A program made the translations under genes and the position numbers. A stretch of 61,451 bases of DNA, the filler included, from Chiloscyllium plagiosum (taxonomy: Eukaryota), in assembly GCF_004010195.1 (NCBI RefSeq). It is 4 parts of one record of this genome, joined end to end, with 100 filler letters (N's around TTAATTAATTAA, not from the genome) between each part and the next. Parts side by side here need not be neighbours in the genome. Positions count along the whole stretch, not along the records: positions 54,809 to 61,451 come from NC_057714.1; 3 more parts are not named here. One strand, written 5' to 3'. Shown piece by piece: positions 60,795-61,451 of the stretch. Within the stretch, counting starts at the first letter, position 1. Every line of letters starts with the position of its first letter. Below the pieces are notes generated by a model. That model did not search any database. It was not told where the DNA came from and was given only the letters and a program-made list of their open reading frames with translations.

Positions 60795-61451
60795 GGGTTA
60801 GATGGAGAGGAATTTGTTAAGTGTGTACAAGATAATTTTCAGATTCAGTGTGTGGATATACCTACTAGGGAAGGTGCAAAACTTGACCTACTCTTGGGAA
60901 ATAAGGCAGGGCAGGTGACTGAGATGTCAATGGGGGAGCACTTTGGGTCCAGCGACCATAATTCTATTTGTTTTAAAATAGTAATGGAAAAGGATAGACC
61001 AGATCTGAAAGTTGAAGTTCTAAATTGGAGAAATGCCAATTTTGACGGTATTAGGCAAGAACTTTCAAAAGCTGATTGGAGGCAGATGTTCGCAGGTAAA
61101 GGGACGGCTGGAAAATGGGAAGCCTTCAGAAATGAGATAACAAGAATCCAGAGAAAGTATATTCCTGTCAGGGTGAAAGGGAAGGCTGGTAGGTATAGGG
61201 AATGCTGGATGACTAAAGAAATTGAGGGTTTGGTTAAGAAAAAGATGGAAGCAGATGTCAAGTATAGACAGGATAGATCAAGTGAATCATTAGAAGAGTA
61301 TAAAGGAAGTAGGAGTATGCTTAAGAGGGAAATCAGGAGGGCAAAACGGGGACATGAGATAGCTTTGGCAAATAGAATTAAGAAGATTCCAAAGGGTTTT
61401 TACAAATATATTAAGGACAAAAAGGTAACTAGGGAGAGAATAGGGCCCCTC
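60795..61451 (+). mobile_element. Young CR1 ORF2 segment, open for 219 codons to the window edge
   Basis: GLDGEEFVKCVQ..PTREGAKLDLLLGN..GSSDHNSI..LNWRNANF..KGFYKYIKDKKVTRERIGPL with no stop. Confidence 0.93.

Overview
Eukaryotic, repeat-dominated 61 kb window. The HE1-type SINEs, HER1/CR1 LINEs and abundant Penelope-like elements (PLEs) point to a cartilaginous fish (shark). The only well-supported host gene is the 5' end of a minus-strand gene: a CpG/GC-box promoter (~5.65-6.24 kb), exon 1 (ATG at 5860) and exon 2 (2731-2643). The exons splice in frame to MEVLKAGGRWVAATIMIREVICTSILAFGSCLQTSFRYK, a signal-peptide-like N-terminus tentatively resembling PRRG2. The rest is a layered transposon graveyard: many CR1 fragments, a second CR1/L2-type LINE with a partner SINE, Rex1/Babar LINEs, a near full-length decayed L1 (26.4-32.6 kb), and a Tx1 element split by three nested insertions (36.8-41.5 kb). 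There are also two solo LTRs with target-site duplications (TSDs), a Harbinger-type Myb/SANT relic, and PLEs whose ends carry minimal hammerhead-ribozyme cores. Other notable items are a degenerate ~24-bp minisatellite in intron 1, a 53-bp hairpin, several orphan exon-like signals, and artificial TTAATTAATTAA gap linkers. Family names come from motif recognition, not database searches, and most repeat boundaries are approximate (about 10-50 bp).
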